This document shows, piece by piece, positions 8,645 to 18,931 of a stretch of DNA of 39,499 nt. The translations under genes were made by a program, and so were the position numbers. Below the pieces are notes generated by a model. It saw only the letters and a program-made list of their open reading frames with translations. It made no database searches and was not told the DNA's origin. Location: the NCBI GenBank assembly GCA_027001995.1, contig JALTLO010000150.1:1-39499 (forward strand). The letters run 5' to 3'. Within the stretch, counting starts at the first letter, position 1, and the number at the start of each line of letters is the position of its first letter. Source of the stretch: Planctomycetota bacterium (GTDB lineage: Bacteria; Planctomycetota; GCA-002687715; DRQF01).

Positions 8645-9655
8645 TTACTCGAGGGGCCAATCCACAATCTTGATCTGATGATTCTCCAAATCGGCGATCC
8701 AGAGTTTTCCAGCGTGAACCAAAACGGCAGCTGGCTTATTCAGTTGATTCGCGCCACTCCCAGCTTTGCCTTCACCGAAAAGGTGCTGGACAGATCCACC
8801 ATCCTTCTTGATGAGTACAAGATCATGGGACCCCATCTCGGCCACGACTAGATCGTCTTCAGGCGTCCGACAGATTCCATGGGGGGTCTTCAGAGGCCGA
8901 TCCAATGGAACAACAGTAGGAATCTGACCTTCTGGTTGCTTGAATAGAGACATAAATCCAGCATCAACCATGAAGATCGAACCGTCTTGAGACAGGGTGA
9001 GGTCCATAGGATACTTAAAGGTTTCGTCGTTCGCCTTAACACCCCCGGAAAGAGTCGTAACCACACCGTTCTTGATCGCCCTGATTCGAGAATTTCCAAT
9101 GTCACAAACGACGAACCCCAATGATTTGGACCAAACCACCCCGTGAGGAGAGTTGAAAAGAGCTGTCGATGCACCACCATCCAAGATGCCCGATTTCTTC
9201 GGTACGCCAGCCAAAGTGGTCACGCGATATTTGGAGCCGTCCTCAGCCGCCACAGGCTCCAAAAGGCGGATCGTATGATTGCTCGCTTCTGCTACTGCGA
9301 TGAGTCCTCCTTCTGAAACAGCAACTCCGTGAGGACTGTCGAACTGGGCCTGGGAGGAAAGGCCATCTTTATGGCCTTTTCTGTCAGGCGCCCCGGAAAG
9401 AGTCGTTACATGCCCTCGGATATCAACAACACGGATGGCGTGATTGAATATGTCGGCAACAAGAATGGAATCCGAGCCATAGGGAGTCAAACGGATAGGT
9501 TTGTTGAATTGAGGATTCGGAGAATCGGCAAAGCCAGCGACACCAGTTCCTACCACCAAAACCTTGGGTGCCGACTTATTTCTCCCAACACCGTCACTGC
9601 AAGATGAAAGCGACACGAGAAGACCCAAGACGAGAAAAAAACAAATTAACTTCAT
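8645..9655 (-). CDS. NHL-repeat beta-propeller lipoprotein
   Basis: ATG 9655 has an AAGGA RBS and a lipobox-like LSSC. Repeats FNKP/FDSP/FNSP/FKYP/LKTP/LNKP are followed by VAD..NH.IR-type motifs. Confidence 0.88.
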   Translation of the reverse strand: MKLICFFLVLGLLVSLSSCSDGVGRNKSAPKVLVVGTGVAGFADSPNPQFNKPIRLTPYGSDSILVADIFNHAIRVVDIRGHVTTLSGAPDRKGHKDGLSSQAQFDSPHGVAVSEGGLIAVAEASNHTIRLLEPVAAEDGSKYRVTTLAGVPKKSGILDGGASTALFNSPHGVVWSKSLGFVVCDIGNSRIRAIKNGVVTTLSGGVKANDETFKYPMDLTLSQDGSIFMVDAGFMSLFKQPEGQIPTVVPLDRPLKTPHGICRTPEDDLVVAEMGSHDLVLIKKDGGSVQHLFGEGKAGSGANQLNKPAAVLVHAGKLWIADLENHQIKIVDWPLE

Positions 9656-9748
9656 GAGAGTTCCTTTGGTCATTGAGACGTCAATGTAGCGAATGGTCCC
9701 GCGGCACTCTAACAGGATTGCCCTGCCCCGACGAAGACGGATGGCACT

Positions 9749-11308
9749 TTATCGACCTTCAGCGTCCACATCGAGAGCTAAACGCACACGATCGAGAAGC
9801 TCCCCAATATCAAATGGTTTTTCCAGAAGAGGAATGGCGAACCCCAACTCATCAATGTCAGAAAATGCTCCGCTAGCGTATCCCGACATAAAGAGGACCT
9901 TGGGTGAAAAGCCCTGTTGCTGGAGGTTTGAGACGAATTCTGGGCCTCCCATAACGGGCATGACCACATCACTCACGATCAAGTCAATTCGTTGATGGTG
10001 GTTGCGAAAAACGGAAATGGCCTCCCGGCCATCACTAGCCCGAAGAACATTGTAGCCGTGAGAATTAAGTGCGCTCCCGACGAGCTCCGCCACATTTTCT
10101 TCATCTTCCACAACCAGAATTGTCTCACCGACTGTAGACGGACGAATCGCCCGACGCATGGACGGTGCTCCCTTCAAGTCTGAATCTGCCAAGGGCAAGT
10201 AGAATCTAATTTCACTACCAGCTTTTGAGGTTGACGCGACTTCAACTGCCCCACCATTTTGAACCGCAATGCCGTAGACTGTCGCCAACCCGAGACCCGA
10301 CCCTTCTCCCACTTCTTTCGTTGTGAAGAAAGGTTCAAAAATACGAGGCACCACTTGAGGATCGATTCCGCTTCCTGAATCAGCGACGGAAATGACGGCG
10401 TAGGGACCGGGCTCCAATCGCGTCTTGGCTTGGCATTCGCCATCCGAAAGAAAAATCGAAGCCGCACTCAGGCGAATCGTTCCATTCCCTGGGATCGCGT
10501 CTCGGGCATTTGTGACCAAATTTAGAATCACCTGCTCCAGTTGCCCAGGATCAACCCGCACGACCAATGGTTCAGCCAAGGATTCGACGACAAAATCAAT
10601 CCTCTCCCCTATAAGTGGCCGAATCAGTGGTGGAATTGACTCCAAAACCTCATTGAGATCTACAGCACTCGTTTGCAATTGTTGTTGGCGTCCGAATACC
10701 AACAACTGGCGAACGAGTTGAGCTGCCTTTTCACCAGCGGACTCGATGGCCGCGAGATGTGTCAATGCCACAGAATCTCTTGAGCAGCGCATCCCCAACA
10801 ATTCTGTGTGACCTAAAATAACGACCAACATGTTGTTGAAATCATGGGCAATACCCCCTGCCAGCTTCCCCAATGCGTCCATTTTCTGAGATTGTCGAAG
10901 CTTGTCTTCCAAGATCCTTCGATCAGTAATATCCCGCCAAACAACATGAAAAATGTCTTTGCCATCTTTCGTGAGGGCGGTCAACAAGACCTCTACAGGA
11001 AATATCTCACCATCAGCCCGCATGTGCTCCCATTCGAATCGATGACTTCCATGCTCTGTGGCGAGCGCCATCATTTCATTGGCCTTCTCAAAAGACTTGC
11101 GGCCATCAGATTGCTTGAGTGGAGAAAGCTCCGAAGGATGAGTCTTGAGGAGCCCACTCTTTTTCGTATATCGCAGCATCTTCACAGCTGCTTCATTGCA
11201 GTCAACGAAAACAGCATCCTGGATGATGAGGATGGCATCTGCGGACCGCTCGAATAAATCGCGGTACTGATCCCCCCCGGATGTTTCATCAAATTCTCGA
11301 ATGCCCAT
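9749..11308 (-). CDS. PAS-domain hybrid sensor histidine kinase/response regulator (CckA-like)
   Basis: PAS (DCNEAA, RADGEIFPVEV, RDIT); H-box GGIAHDFNN; N-box LNLVTNARDA; IFEPFFTTK; GSGLGL; receiver domain (VVEDE, SDVVMP, KPF). Confidence 0.95.
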   Translation of the reverse strand: MGIREFDETSGGDQYRDLFERSADAILIIQDAVFVDCNEAAVKMLRYTKKSGLLKTHPSELSPLKQSDGRKSFEKANEMMALATEHGSHRFEWEHMRADGEIFPVEVLLTALTKDGKDIFHVVWRDITDRRILEDKLRQSQKMDALGKLAGGIAHDFNNMLVVILGHTELLGMRCSRDSVALTHLAAIESAGEKAAQLVRQLLVFGRQQQLQTSAVDLNEVLESIPPLIRPLIGERIDFVVESLAEPLVVRVDPGQLEQVILNLVTNARDAIPGNGTIRLSAASIFLSDGECQAKTRLEPGPYAVISVADSGSGIDPQVVPRIFEPFFTTKEVGEGSGLGLATVYGIAVQNGGAVEVASTSKAGSEIRFYLPLADSDLKGAPSMRRAIRPSTVGETILVVEDEENVAELVGSALNSHGYNVLRASDGREAISVFRNHHQRIDLIVSDVVMPVMGGPEFVSNLQQQGFSPKVLFMSGYASGAFSDIDELGFAIPLLEKPFDIGELLDRVRLALDVDAEGR

Positions 11309-11658
11309 ATGCGGTCAACTCAACGTACGAAGAACTCGAATACTCTACATTTCCAATTTAGGAACATTTTGCTAATGCTACTTCAAAACACATGATTTGA
11401 CACCCAAAGATCTAAAACAACAGCTTCCTTGCAATAAATGGAAGCTCGCTTCCTTTGCCTATTTTCGCTGGTTGACCAACATGGAGTTTCCTATTGTCTC
11501 GGAGTCCCCTGTGCCGATGACCCTACCTCAGGTCAACAAGTTCTGAGGTTGGAGTCGTCCAGTTTGGCAACTGGTAAGAAGCCCATCTTCTTGAAGAGTA
11601 CGGGTAGTGCCGAGAAGAGAGAATATGCGAAACGAAGTTCGCGGAAAAGCAAAGATCC

Positions 11659-12726
11659 ATGGAAGTACCGTCAGATAAGAACAAGTCCCGAGCCAAACCC
11701 CAGTTCGCCGTAGCCGACGTCTTGCCCCTGGTGCGTGATCTTTTTGCTCCCAAGCCTCTTATTTATTGGTGCGACTTTCTCTTCAGCATCACACTGGCCT
11801 GGGGGACATTCTGGCTATCTCTGCGTTCCTGGGACAACCCAGCCCTACTCTTCGTACTCTATCTTGTTTGCTCCTGTGCATTCTTACGATCCATACTTTT
11901 CATCCATGAGTTAGCCCACCGAAAGCCAGGGACTTTCACCCTCTTCCGTTTCGTTTGGAATCTGCTTTGCGGTATGCCCATGATGATCCCCTCTTACACT
12001 TACACTCGAGTCCATGACGACCATCACATCCAAAAGCTCTATGGCCGCGATGTCGACGGAGAATATTTGCCGTTTGGGGCCCAAGCTCCTCATCACATCA
12101 TTATCTACCTACTGACAGTCTTGATCCTGCCTTTCGCCTTTCCCCTGCGCTACATGATTCTGACTCCGATTTCCTACCTCCACCCAAAACTCCGCCAATT
12201 CATATGGGAGCGTGCGTCCTCTCTTACCATTGATTTTCGCTATGTCCGCTCGAAACCGACTTCCCGAGATGACAGTTCCTGGCGGCTGCAGGAACTCGGT
12301 GCGATGACGTTCGGTTGGACATTCTTGGCCTTGATGGTCTATGGCTTTGTCCCTTGGCGTGCGGCTATTCTGTGGTACTTCGTTGTCTTCTTGGGATTCG
12401 TCCTCAATACTCTGCGAACCTTGGGGGCTCACGCTTACCGAAACCCGGGTAACATCCCGATGGACTTGAGCGATCAGTTCCTTGACTCTGTCGACATCCC
12501 CGGAAACCCAATCACAACCCCACTCTGGGCCCCAGTAGGCCTGAGATACCACGCCACTCACCATCTCTTTCCTACCATGCCTTACCACTCTTTGGGTACG
12601 GCCTATCAACGCATCAAAGACAAGCTCCCGAACAACGAGGTTTTCTTGCAAAGTACGCGAAAAAGTCTTTACGATGCGATTCGCCGTTTGTGGTCAGATG
12701 CCAAGAGATCTCAAAAAGCCAACTAA
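11659..12726 (+). CDS. Membrane fatty acid desaturase family protein
   Basis: Three His boxes HELAH, HDDHH and HATHH, with multiple hydrophobic segments. Confidence 0.9.
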   Translation: MEVPSDKNKSRAKPQFAVADVLPLVRDLFAPKPLIYWCDFLFSITLAWGTFWLSLRSWDNPALLFVLYLVCSCAFLRSILFIHELAHRKPGTFTLFRFVWNLLCGMPMMIPSYTYTRVHDDHHIQKLYGRDVDGEYLPFGAQAPHHIIIYLLTVLILPFAFPLRYMILTPISYLHPKLRQFIWERASSLTIDFRYVRSKPTSRDDSSWRLQELGAMTFGWTFLALMVYGFVPWRAAILWYFVVFLGFVLNTLRTLGAHAYRNPGNIPMDLSDQFLDSVDIPGNPITTPLWAPVGLRYHATHHLFPTMPYHSLGTAYQRIKDKLPNNEVFLQSTRKSLYDAIRRLWSDAKRSQKAN

Positions 12727-12783
12727 TCGTCCCTTGTTTCAATCGTTCAGACAATTCTGTCCAAAAACACGGATTCCTCTTGT

Positions 12784-13500
12784 TCAATTCGCTTCAACGA
12801 ACTTGAGCGAACGTCGTTCCACCCAACCAAATTGATCACCCAGGTCCACGCGAACCCAGCGTTCGGACCCAACGCTCCACTGCGCCAAGGTCCCCGGTTC
12901 CAATTTCTTCAGTATCACGCTTTGCCGATCTGGGCTGCGCCTCACAGTTGCCCCAGGCTGAAGAACAACCGCATGGCGCTTGAGAGAATTTTGAGAATGG
13001 GACCAATGAAGAAAACTCAACACCACATTCGTCAACAGGGCGAACAAGAGAACAAAGAACAGGAGACCACGTTTTCGACACCAAACCAATCCAACGAGGA
13101 AGAGAGTTTCTAAAATTAGGAATAGGACCAAAGGGAATTCCATTGCCAGGGCATCAAGAAGGTCTCTGATATCGCTGACTTCCTCAGCTCTCCCAGACTG
13201 AATTCCCAACCGCTGCTGAGCCATTGCCAAGTTGTTCTTGACCAAGCCAATTCCACGAGGGTCCAACCGCGCTCGTTGGTAGTGCCAGATCGCAAGATCC
13301 ATGTTCCCGAGTCGAAACTCACAATTCCCCAGATTAAACTCAACAAGAGGCCATGGCGCTTCGTCTCCCACCTTCTTCAGATAAGATTTCGCCAACAAGA
13401 AGTCGCCTCGCCCATAAGCCTCGCTGGCCATGGCCATATCAGATTGCCCGATGGCGGATGTCGAAAGGATCATGAAGAAAAGTGCCATAAGCAACTTCAT
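12784..13500 (-). CDS. batE: BatE-like protein (TPR, transmembrane helices, SH3-like domain)
   Basis: Signal peptide; TPR FNLGNCEFRLG..AIWHYQRA; two TM helices; SH3-like C-terminus (VRRSP...WVRV...GWV). Last gene of the Bat operon. Confidence 0.8.
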   Translation of the reverse strand: MKLLMALFFMILSTSAIGQSDMAMASEAYGRGDFLLAKSYLKKVGDEAPWPLVEFNLGNCEFRLGNMDLAIWHYQRARLDPRGIGLVKNNLAMAQQRLGIQSGRAEEVSDIRDLLDALAMEFPLVLFLILETLFLVGLVWCRKRGLLFFVLLFALLTNVVLSFLHWSHSQNSLKRHAVVLQPGATVRRSPDRQSVILKKLEPGTLAQWSVGSERWVRVDLGDQFGWVERRSLKFVEAN

Positions 13501-15263
13501 CTCTCGACTCCAAAAGCGTCCTCAAGATCAGCAACCAATTCATCCAAATCCAGGGCAGAAAATTCGGTCCCAACCCCTCCGTAACGCGCGTTGGTCATCA
13601 CAAAATTGATGCCTGCGGCCCGCCCTGCAAGCTCAGAAGGAACACCCGAGTCAAGCAGCAATGTCTCTAAATCTCTCCCATGAACACGAGGCTCAGCCAC
13701 CTTCATCTTAGCGGCCAAGTAGCAAGCAAATCGCTCCCAAGGCTCCTTATCACGCTTAGACTTCTTCGAATGAAAATTCTTCAATGCCACCCTGAAGCGT
13801 GCCTCTTTCGGATTGCGCCATGCCTTCAACCTTTGTCTTCGCCACCACCAAAACACGAAACATATCACCCAGGGAATTGCACTCAGAAGAGCGAACGCCG
13901 GCAGTTTCATGGACGTCGTTTCCGCTGGATTCTCTCTATCCCATTCGGTCAAGAAATCTTGGAAGCCCAAGATAGTAGGAAGAACAGTCGCAGATTCTCT
14001 TGACGGGCCCTTCACTTCAATCCTGAATCGCTGCCCTTTGATGACCCGGTATTTCCCCTGATCACTGGGATCAAAAAACGCGAAGGAGCAAGATTGCAAC
14101 TGAAATGTGCCACCACTGAGTGCTTCCAAATCATAGATAAATGTGACCTCATTGCGTTTCTCAGCCCTGGTGACGCCCAACAACCGGAACCCAGGGTTGG
14201 AGGGCCAGGAAGGGGCTGGCACATCTCCCGAAATCCCTTCACCGGAAATGATCACTGAGATCGAAAAGTGCTCACCTGAGGACAGGGAGTTCTTCGCCGC
14301 TCTTACCCTCATCTCAAACTGCCCCACGGCCCCGGAGAAATTCTCGGGCCGTCCAGAATCGGGTAACGATCGGACACTGAAACTGAGGGGTTCGCCATAG
14401 ACGAACCCCACTTGGGAATCCTTTGGAATTCGCCCCTGAAAAAAATCATCTTCAAAGTCGTTGGCATAGTCGAATTTGGCCCTAATTCCAGAGATGCGAA
14501 ACTCCCCCAAAGACCCGGCAACCAAATCGTATTCTTGGAAGATCGTCGCGAAGGGACGTCCCTGGTGCAAGCGTTCTGAGCCGAGGCGCCACCGAGCAAG
14601 GCTGCCATTGACCACCAAGGAACTCGAAGGCAAATCCGAATCAGCATTGACCACGACCCAGGTGGGTGGGCCCACATTCGCCAAGTTTCTGGGTTGCTCA
14701 ATTCTTAGGCCCACTGGAACATCAAGCGGTCTCTTAAACGGCTGCAAGACATGATCGTTGAAGAACTCCTCATCATAGGCGAAAACGGACCGCAACCGAA
14801 TTCGCTCCCCCTGCCAAAGAACAGGCTTGGGCGATTCCCAAGAACAAGCAGCATAACCCTCACTCTTCTTGTCATGACCCACATGAAGCACAAAAGGAGG
14901 CGTCTTAATCGTTTCCGTTCCCACGAAAAAGGTCAGAGGAGAGATCTCAAGCTCCCCAGCCGTGTTTGGCACGACATCGATCACCCAAACTGCAGACCAA
15001 AAACCGGTGGCGCTGTCTCGCCCCAACGTCTCCTGACGCTGACGAATTTGCCAATCGACAGAGGAGATCGGCATACCAGGAATCGGTTTTTCAGAGCAAG
15101 CGGCCAATTCGATGATCCAAGTGGCTGACTCCCCTAAGACAACTCTCTGTTCCGGGTTCCCTCTGACATTGAGACTCTGCCCCTGCACCTCCTGGTTACC
15201 GAAGGCGACAATGAGACAGAGAAGGAAAAAGAAAATAGAAAGAGAGCTTTTCGTGCCAATCAC
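13497..15263 (-). CDS. batD: BatD-like protein
   Basis: Signal peptide; LP..GRPENFSGAVGQF and FFDP...YR motifs; C-proximal TM helix; operon position. GTG start overlaps the upstream stop. Confidence 0.8.
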   Translation of the reverse strand: MIGTKSSLSIFFFLLCLIVAFGNQEVQGQSLNVRGNPEQRVVLGESATWIIELAACSEKPIPGMPISSVDWQIRQRQETLGRDSATGFWSAVWVIDVVPNTAGELEISPLTFFVGTETIKTPPFVLHVGHDKKSEGYAACSWESPKPVLWQGERIRLRSVFAYDEEFFNDHVLQPFKRPLDVPVGLRIEQPRNLANVGPPTWVVVNADSDLPSSSLVVNGSLARWRLGSERLHQGRPFATIFQEYDLVAGSLGEFRISGIRAKFDYANDFEDDFFQGRIPKDSQVGFVYGEPLSFSVRSLPDSGRPENFSGAVGQFEMRVRAAKNSLSSGEHFSISVIISGEGISGDVPAPSWPSNPGFRLLGVTRAEKRNEVTFIYDLEALSGGTFQLQSCSFAFFDPSDQGKYRVIKGQRFRIEVKGPSRESATVLPTILGFQDFLTEWDRENPAETTSMKLPAFALLSAIPWVICFVFWWWRRQRLKAWRNPKEARFRVALKNFHSKKSKRDKEPWERFACYLAAKMKVAEPRVHGRDLETLLLDSGVPSELAGRAAGINFVMTNARYGGVGTEFSALDLDELVADLEDAFGVER

Positions 15264-15991
15264 CAGTCACGCTCCCCTGCCCCATCAGATCGTTGTAGAC
15301 GGCGTTGCATTCTCTTTTTCTTCTTCTGCGCTTCCGTTCTTTTCAATCGATTGAGGAGGTCCTCAAGATCGCGGTCAGGGAGTTGCCCCAGGGCCCCAGG
15401 TTTAACTTCTTCATAGGACTTTTTCTGATGGCCTCTTTTCCCTTGGGGTTGATCCCCAATTCGACGTTCTTGTGCCCCCGACTTCTTCTTCGACTTGTTC
15501 AAGAACTCTTGTCGTGAGCGCTCCAGGACTTGCAGCTTTCTCTTTGCTCTTTCGATATTGCGAATCGCCTCTGGCCAACGCTCGTTTGCTTTCAATGCCT
15601 CGGCCCAGTGAGCAATAGCCGAATTTGCCCAAGCGATTGCACTATCATGGGCTGGCAAACCAGCCTCCACTCGCTGGCTGAGTTTCTCCATTTTCTTGCA
15701 ATGAGCAAAAGCGATATTTCCTAGGAGGAAAGTTCGGATCATTTCGAATCTCAACCCACCCCAAGCACAACTCAGCTCCAGAGCAACTCTTGATTCCCCT
15801 AACTCCCCGACGCTGAGAGCTGCCAAAGCATGATTGAAGTGAACGGCAGCTTGGTCAGCAAACTCAGGATCTCGGCTCAGGGGTCCGGTGAGTTTATAGG
15901 ACTTCCGAAAATGCCCATCATTGAATTCCTTGACGCCGTCTTGGGTAGCCACGGCTACAATGAGCAGCAAAGCGCTGAGAAAACACTTCAT
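15260..15991 (-). CDS. BatC-like TPR protein with charged C-terminal tail
   Basis: Signal peptide; TPR-like HFNHALAA and LLGN...A.RNIE; K/Q/E-rich tail ending LLNRL...ERDW, as typical of BatB/BatC C-termini. Confidence 0.7.
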   Translation of the reverse strand: MKCFLSALLLIVAVATQDGVKEFNDGHFRKSYKLTGPLSRDPEFADQAAVHFNHALAALSVGELGESRVALELSCAWGGLRFEMIRTFLLGNIAFAHCKKMEKLSQRVEAGLPAHDSAIAWANSAIAHWAEALKANERWPEAIRNIERAKRKLQVLERSRQEFLNKSKKKSGAQERRIGDQPQGKRGHQKKSYEEVKPGALGQLPDRDLEDLLNRLKRTEAQKKKKRMQRRLQRSDGAGERDW

Positions 15992-16989
15992 TTTCTTGGC
16001 CTCCCAAGAATGACCATTTCAAGAGAAAGCAGAAGGATTCCAATAAATAAGGGCCATTGATATCGATTCGGCCTCCCGGATTGAGCCACTTTTCGCAACG
16101 ATTGATTGAGGCGAGGCAACAAATACGTCTGCAATAAGAATACCAAAGGATCTCGACGATGTTCTTGAGCAACATAGATACCTCCCGAAGTTCTTGCCCG
16201 ATTTTGAAGGCCACTTTCAGCCAAGACAGATACCACGTCGTGTCCTGCTCCATCCTTCAAGAACGTTGTTCCAGTATCCGACTGAATCGGGATTTTCGCA
16301 CCATCGCGAGTTCCATACCCAACACAATAAACCCCCTGGTTCGACACGTTACCCGGCTGACTCCCGTTTTCCGCACCTTGGTCTTCTCCATCTGACAGCA
16401 GGACAATCGCCCCGCGTCCAGGATGGGATTTCGCCAGCGCCTGGGAAGCTAGGGCGATCGCTGCATTCGAATTTGTCCCGCCCCGAAAAACATAGGCAAT
16501 GTCCGCATCCCGAAGAATCTGCAGAACGGCATCATGGTCTCGGGTTAACGGCGATAAGAGTCGGGCTTCGCCAGCATAGACCACCAAGCCGACCCTTCCG
16601 TTGCCGAGCCGATTGATACAAGAAACCGCATCCTTCTTCGCTTGGCCCAAACGCGAACCATCACTATCTTCTGCCAGCATCGATTTCGAGATATCCAAGC
16701 AAATCATCAAGTCAAGTCCGGGAGTTTCGACTCGAATTTGAGAATCGCCCCAAGTGGGTTGCATCAAGGAAATACTCAAGAACAATGTGCCTCCGGTAAC
16801 GAATGAACGTTTTCGCCGTCCCAATGACGGCCCAGCGTTACTGACGAGTGCATGAACACGAGGGCCAATTTTTCTTACAAGACTCCTTCTTTGGATTCTT
16901 TGAATATGAGCCATGGCAAACCACACCAAGGGAACGACCAGAAGAACAAGCCAAAATTCGGGTTTTAGGAAAAGGAAGTCGAGTCTCAT
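15988..16989 (-). CDS. batB: BatB-like VWA-domain protein
   Basis: MIDAS DISKSM; SPLTRD; LLSDGED; N- and C-terminal TM segments. ATG 16989 overlaps the batA stop (ATGA). Confidence 0.85.
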   Translation of the reverse strand: MRLDFLFLKPEFWLVLLVVPLVWFAMAHIQRIQRRSLVRKIGPRVHALVSNAGPSLGRRKRSFVTGGTLFLSISLMQPTWGDSQIRVETPGLDLMICLDISKSMLAEDSDGSRLGQAKKDAVSCINRLGNGRVGLVVYAGEARLLSPLTRDHDAVLQILRDADIAYVFRGGTNSNAAIALASQALAKSHPGRGAIVLLSDGEDQGAENGSQPGNVSNQGVYCVGYGTRDGAKIPIQSDTGTTFLKDGAGHDVVSVLAESGLQNRARTSGGIYVAQEHRRDPLVFLLQTYLLPRLNQSLRKVAQSGRPNRYQWPLFIGILLLSLEMVILGRPRK

Positions 16990-17993
16990 GGCATCACCTC
17001 CAAGAAGCTCCATGACACTATTTTCCCCAAGACGAAGAAAGCAAATCCGGCCACAAGAAAAGGAAGGAAACCGTCAATCATCTGATACTTCTCTTCTGCC
17101 AGTTCCTTCGTTTCCAACTCATCAATCCGAGAGAACACCCCATGAAGGGCGGCCTGATCTTGGGCCCTAAAGAATCGTCCGCCTGTCTTCTTAGCCACCA
17201 GCTCGATTTGGGATGTGTCCACCGATTTCCACGTTCCATCTTCTTGAAGGCTCCCAGATCCAGTCAAAATGATGTGTACACGAATGCCCAAGTCTTCACA
17301 CAATTGAGCACCGTGGATGGGAGCAATCTCTTGGAGAGAGGCCGCAGATGAAACATTCTCGGCACCATCCGTCAACAGGAGAATCACCTTGGCACCGCCC
17401 TCATTTCTTTGCAAGACCTCCACTCCTTTTGCCAAGGCTGTGCCAATTCCAGTTGCATCTTCAGGCCCGCCCTCATCGACGAGCTCTAAGTCACCCAACC
17501 TCTGAGATAAGGCCCGATGGTCGAACGTGAGTGGGCAAACAAGATCGGGATAGCGGGCAAACTTGATCAGACCAACCCGATCACGGTGCCGTCCTTTCAA
17601 GAACTGAATCGCTGACCTGGATGCCACATCAATCCGTCGATTCTCCTTCTTCCTATCAAGCGTATTCATAGATGAAGAAACATCCACACAGAGAAGAAGA
17701 TCGATTCCAGAGGATTTGTCGTTCAAGGCACGTGGGGAGGCCGGGCGCATCAAAGCGAGTATCAACAAGAGTATCCCAAAGCCCTTCAACAACCCTGGAA
17801 TGAAAACAAGACGCCTCCTCCATGTGGCAACCGATTGCCCTTCCTTGGGCAAGAATTGACCCAGACTAAAAGTTAACCTGGGGCCCAATGCTCTGCGGCG
17901 CAATAAGAAAATACCAGGGAGGAGAAGGAGAAGGACAAGGAAAATCGGATCTATAAAGACGAATCCGAAGAGCATGGAGAAGGGAGAAATCAT
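16986..17993 (-). CDS. batA: BatA-like VWA-domain protein
   Basis: ALMRP; MIDAS DVSSSM; DRVGLIKF; CPLTFDH; TGIG; LLTDG; TGGRFFRA; IDELE. Confidence 0.88.
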   Translation of the reverse strand: MISPFSMLFGFVFIDPIFLVLLLLLPGIFLLRRRALGPRLTFSLGQFLPKEGQSVATWRRRLVFIPGLLKGFGILLLILALMRPASPRALNDKSSGIDLLLCVDVSSSMNTLDRKKENRRIDVASRSAIQFLKGRHRDRVGLIKFARYPDLVCPLTFDHRALSQRLGDLELVDEGGPEDATGIGTALAKGVEVLQRNEGGAKVILLLTDGAENVSSAASLQEIAPIHGAQLCEDLGIRVHIILTGSGSLQEDGTWKSVDTSQIELVAKKTGGRFFRAQDQAALHGVFSRIDELETKELAEEKYQMIDGFLPFLVAGFAFFVLGKIVSWSFLEVMP

Positions 17994-18931
17994 TGGCTAC
18001 CCTCTTCGTCATCCTTAGCCACTAAAGAGACACGGGCCTGAATTTCCTTCACTGAGGAGATACACCGGGGGATGATCTGAGACCATTTCTCATCCTCGAT
18101 TCTTGCTTTACCATACTTCTCCTCGTCGCAAGCCATCAGAACATCGAAGAAGAGTTGGATGTCGTTGTCATCCAAATCTGTTTCAGTCACCAGTCTTCGA
18201 CGAATCTCCATGGGAGTCAACTCTAAGGCAGGAATCGCAAGCCACCGGTTCATGAACGATCGAAGAATCTCCGAGACTCGTTCTCCCGGAAGCGATACCA
18301 GTGCTGAACCTTGCTCCATGTCGATTAGGACCTCTTTGAGAGCGACATGGGGGGCGTCCTCAGGGGTTGTCGTTTCTTCCAAACAGGAGAACCGGCGAAT
18401 CAAGAAATAAGCTAAAGAGAAGAACAGAATAACTGTAGCCACCAACACGCCGATCTCAGGTCGATGCAAATCAGCGATTGGAATTGGCCCACGGGGTAAC
18501 TCCACTTCGCTTTCATTGTGAGAAGTCAATGCCGACTTGACTGGATACACCTGTGCAGGAATCTCAATAAGAACTTCATCCTCCGATCCTAAGGTGCGAT
18601 AGGCGAGAAAAAGCGCGGGGCGAGTCCAGGTGTCAACGGAGAAAACTCGCCCTCTCAAGCGGATCGTCTCCTTGACAAGATCCCCGACTTCAAGTGTTTC
18701 ACGCCCTGTTTCTTCGACACTCTCCAGGCCAACATCTTCATTCACCCAAGGAGACGCGGTCGCCCCCAAAGGCCAAGATCTTTGAACCTCAACTTCCAAA
18801 AGGTCTCCAAAAACGATCTGGATCTCACTGAGCCGAATAGTGATTTTAGGCGTTTGAGCACCTGCCGACTTGAGGCCCCATAACCCCAAGAAAAGGAACA
18901 TGAGGAAGAGGTGAATCTTAGGTACACTCAT
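17990..18931 (-). CDS. Bat-operon accessory membrane protein (signal peptide, one TM helix)
   Basis: Lies between DUF58 and batA. C-terminal S.ILR....ALELT..E...CDEEKY pattern resembles the corresponding Bacteroidota gene. Confidence 0.65.
   Translation of the reverse strand: MSVPKIHLFLMFLFLGLWGLKSAGAQTPKITIRLSEIQIVFGDLLEVEVQRSWPLGATASPWVNEDVGLESVEETGRETLEVGDLVKETIRLRGRVFSVDTWTRPALFLAYRTLGSEDEVLIEIPAQVYPVKSALTSHNESEVELPRGPIPIADLHRPEIGVLVATVILFFSLAYFLIRRFSCLEETTTPEDAPHVALKEVLIDMEQGSALVSLPGERVSEILRSFMNRWLAIPALELTPMEIRRRLVTETDLDDNDIQLFFDVLMACDEEKYGKARIEDEKWSQIIPRCISSVKEIQARVSLVAKDDEEGSQ

Noticed and set aside
11490..11545. SAM-I riboswitch-like fragment (GCCGATGACCC)
   Set aside because: The other conserved elements (ATC.AGAG, GGCAACC, GGTGC) are missing or misplaced.
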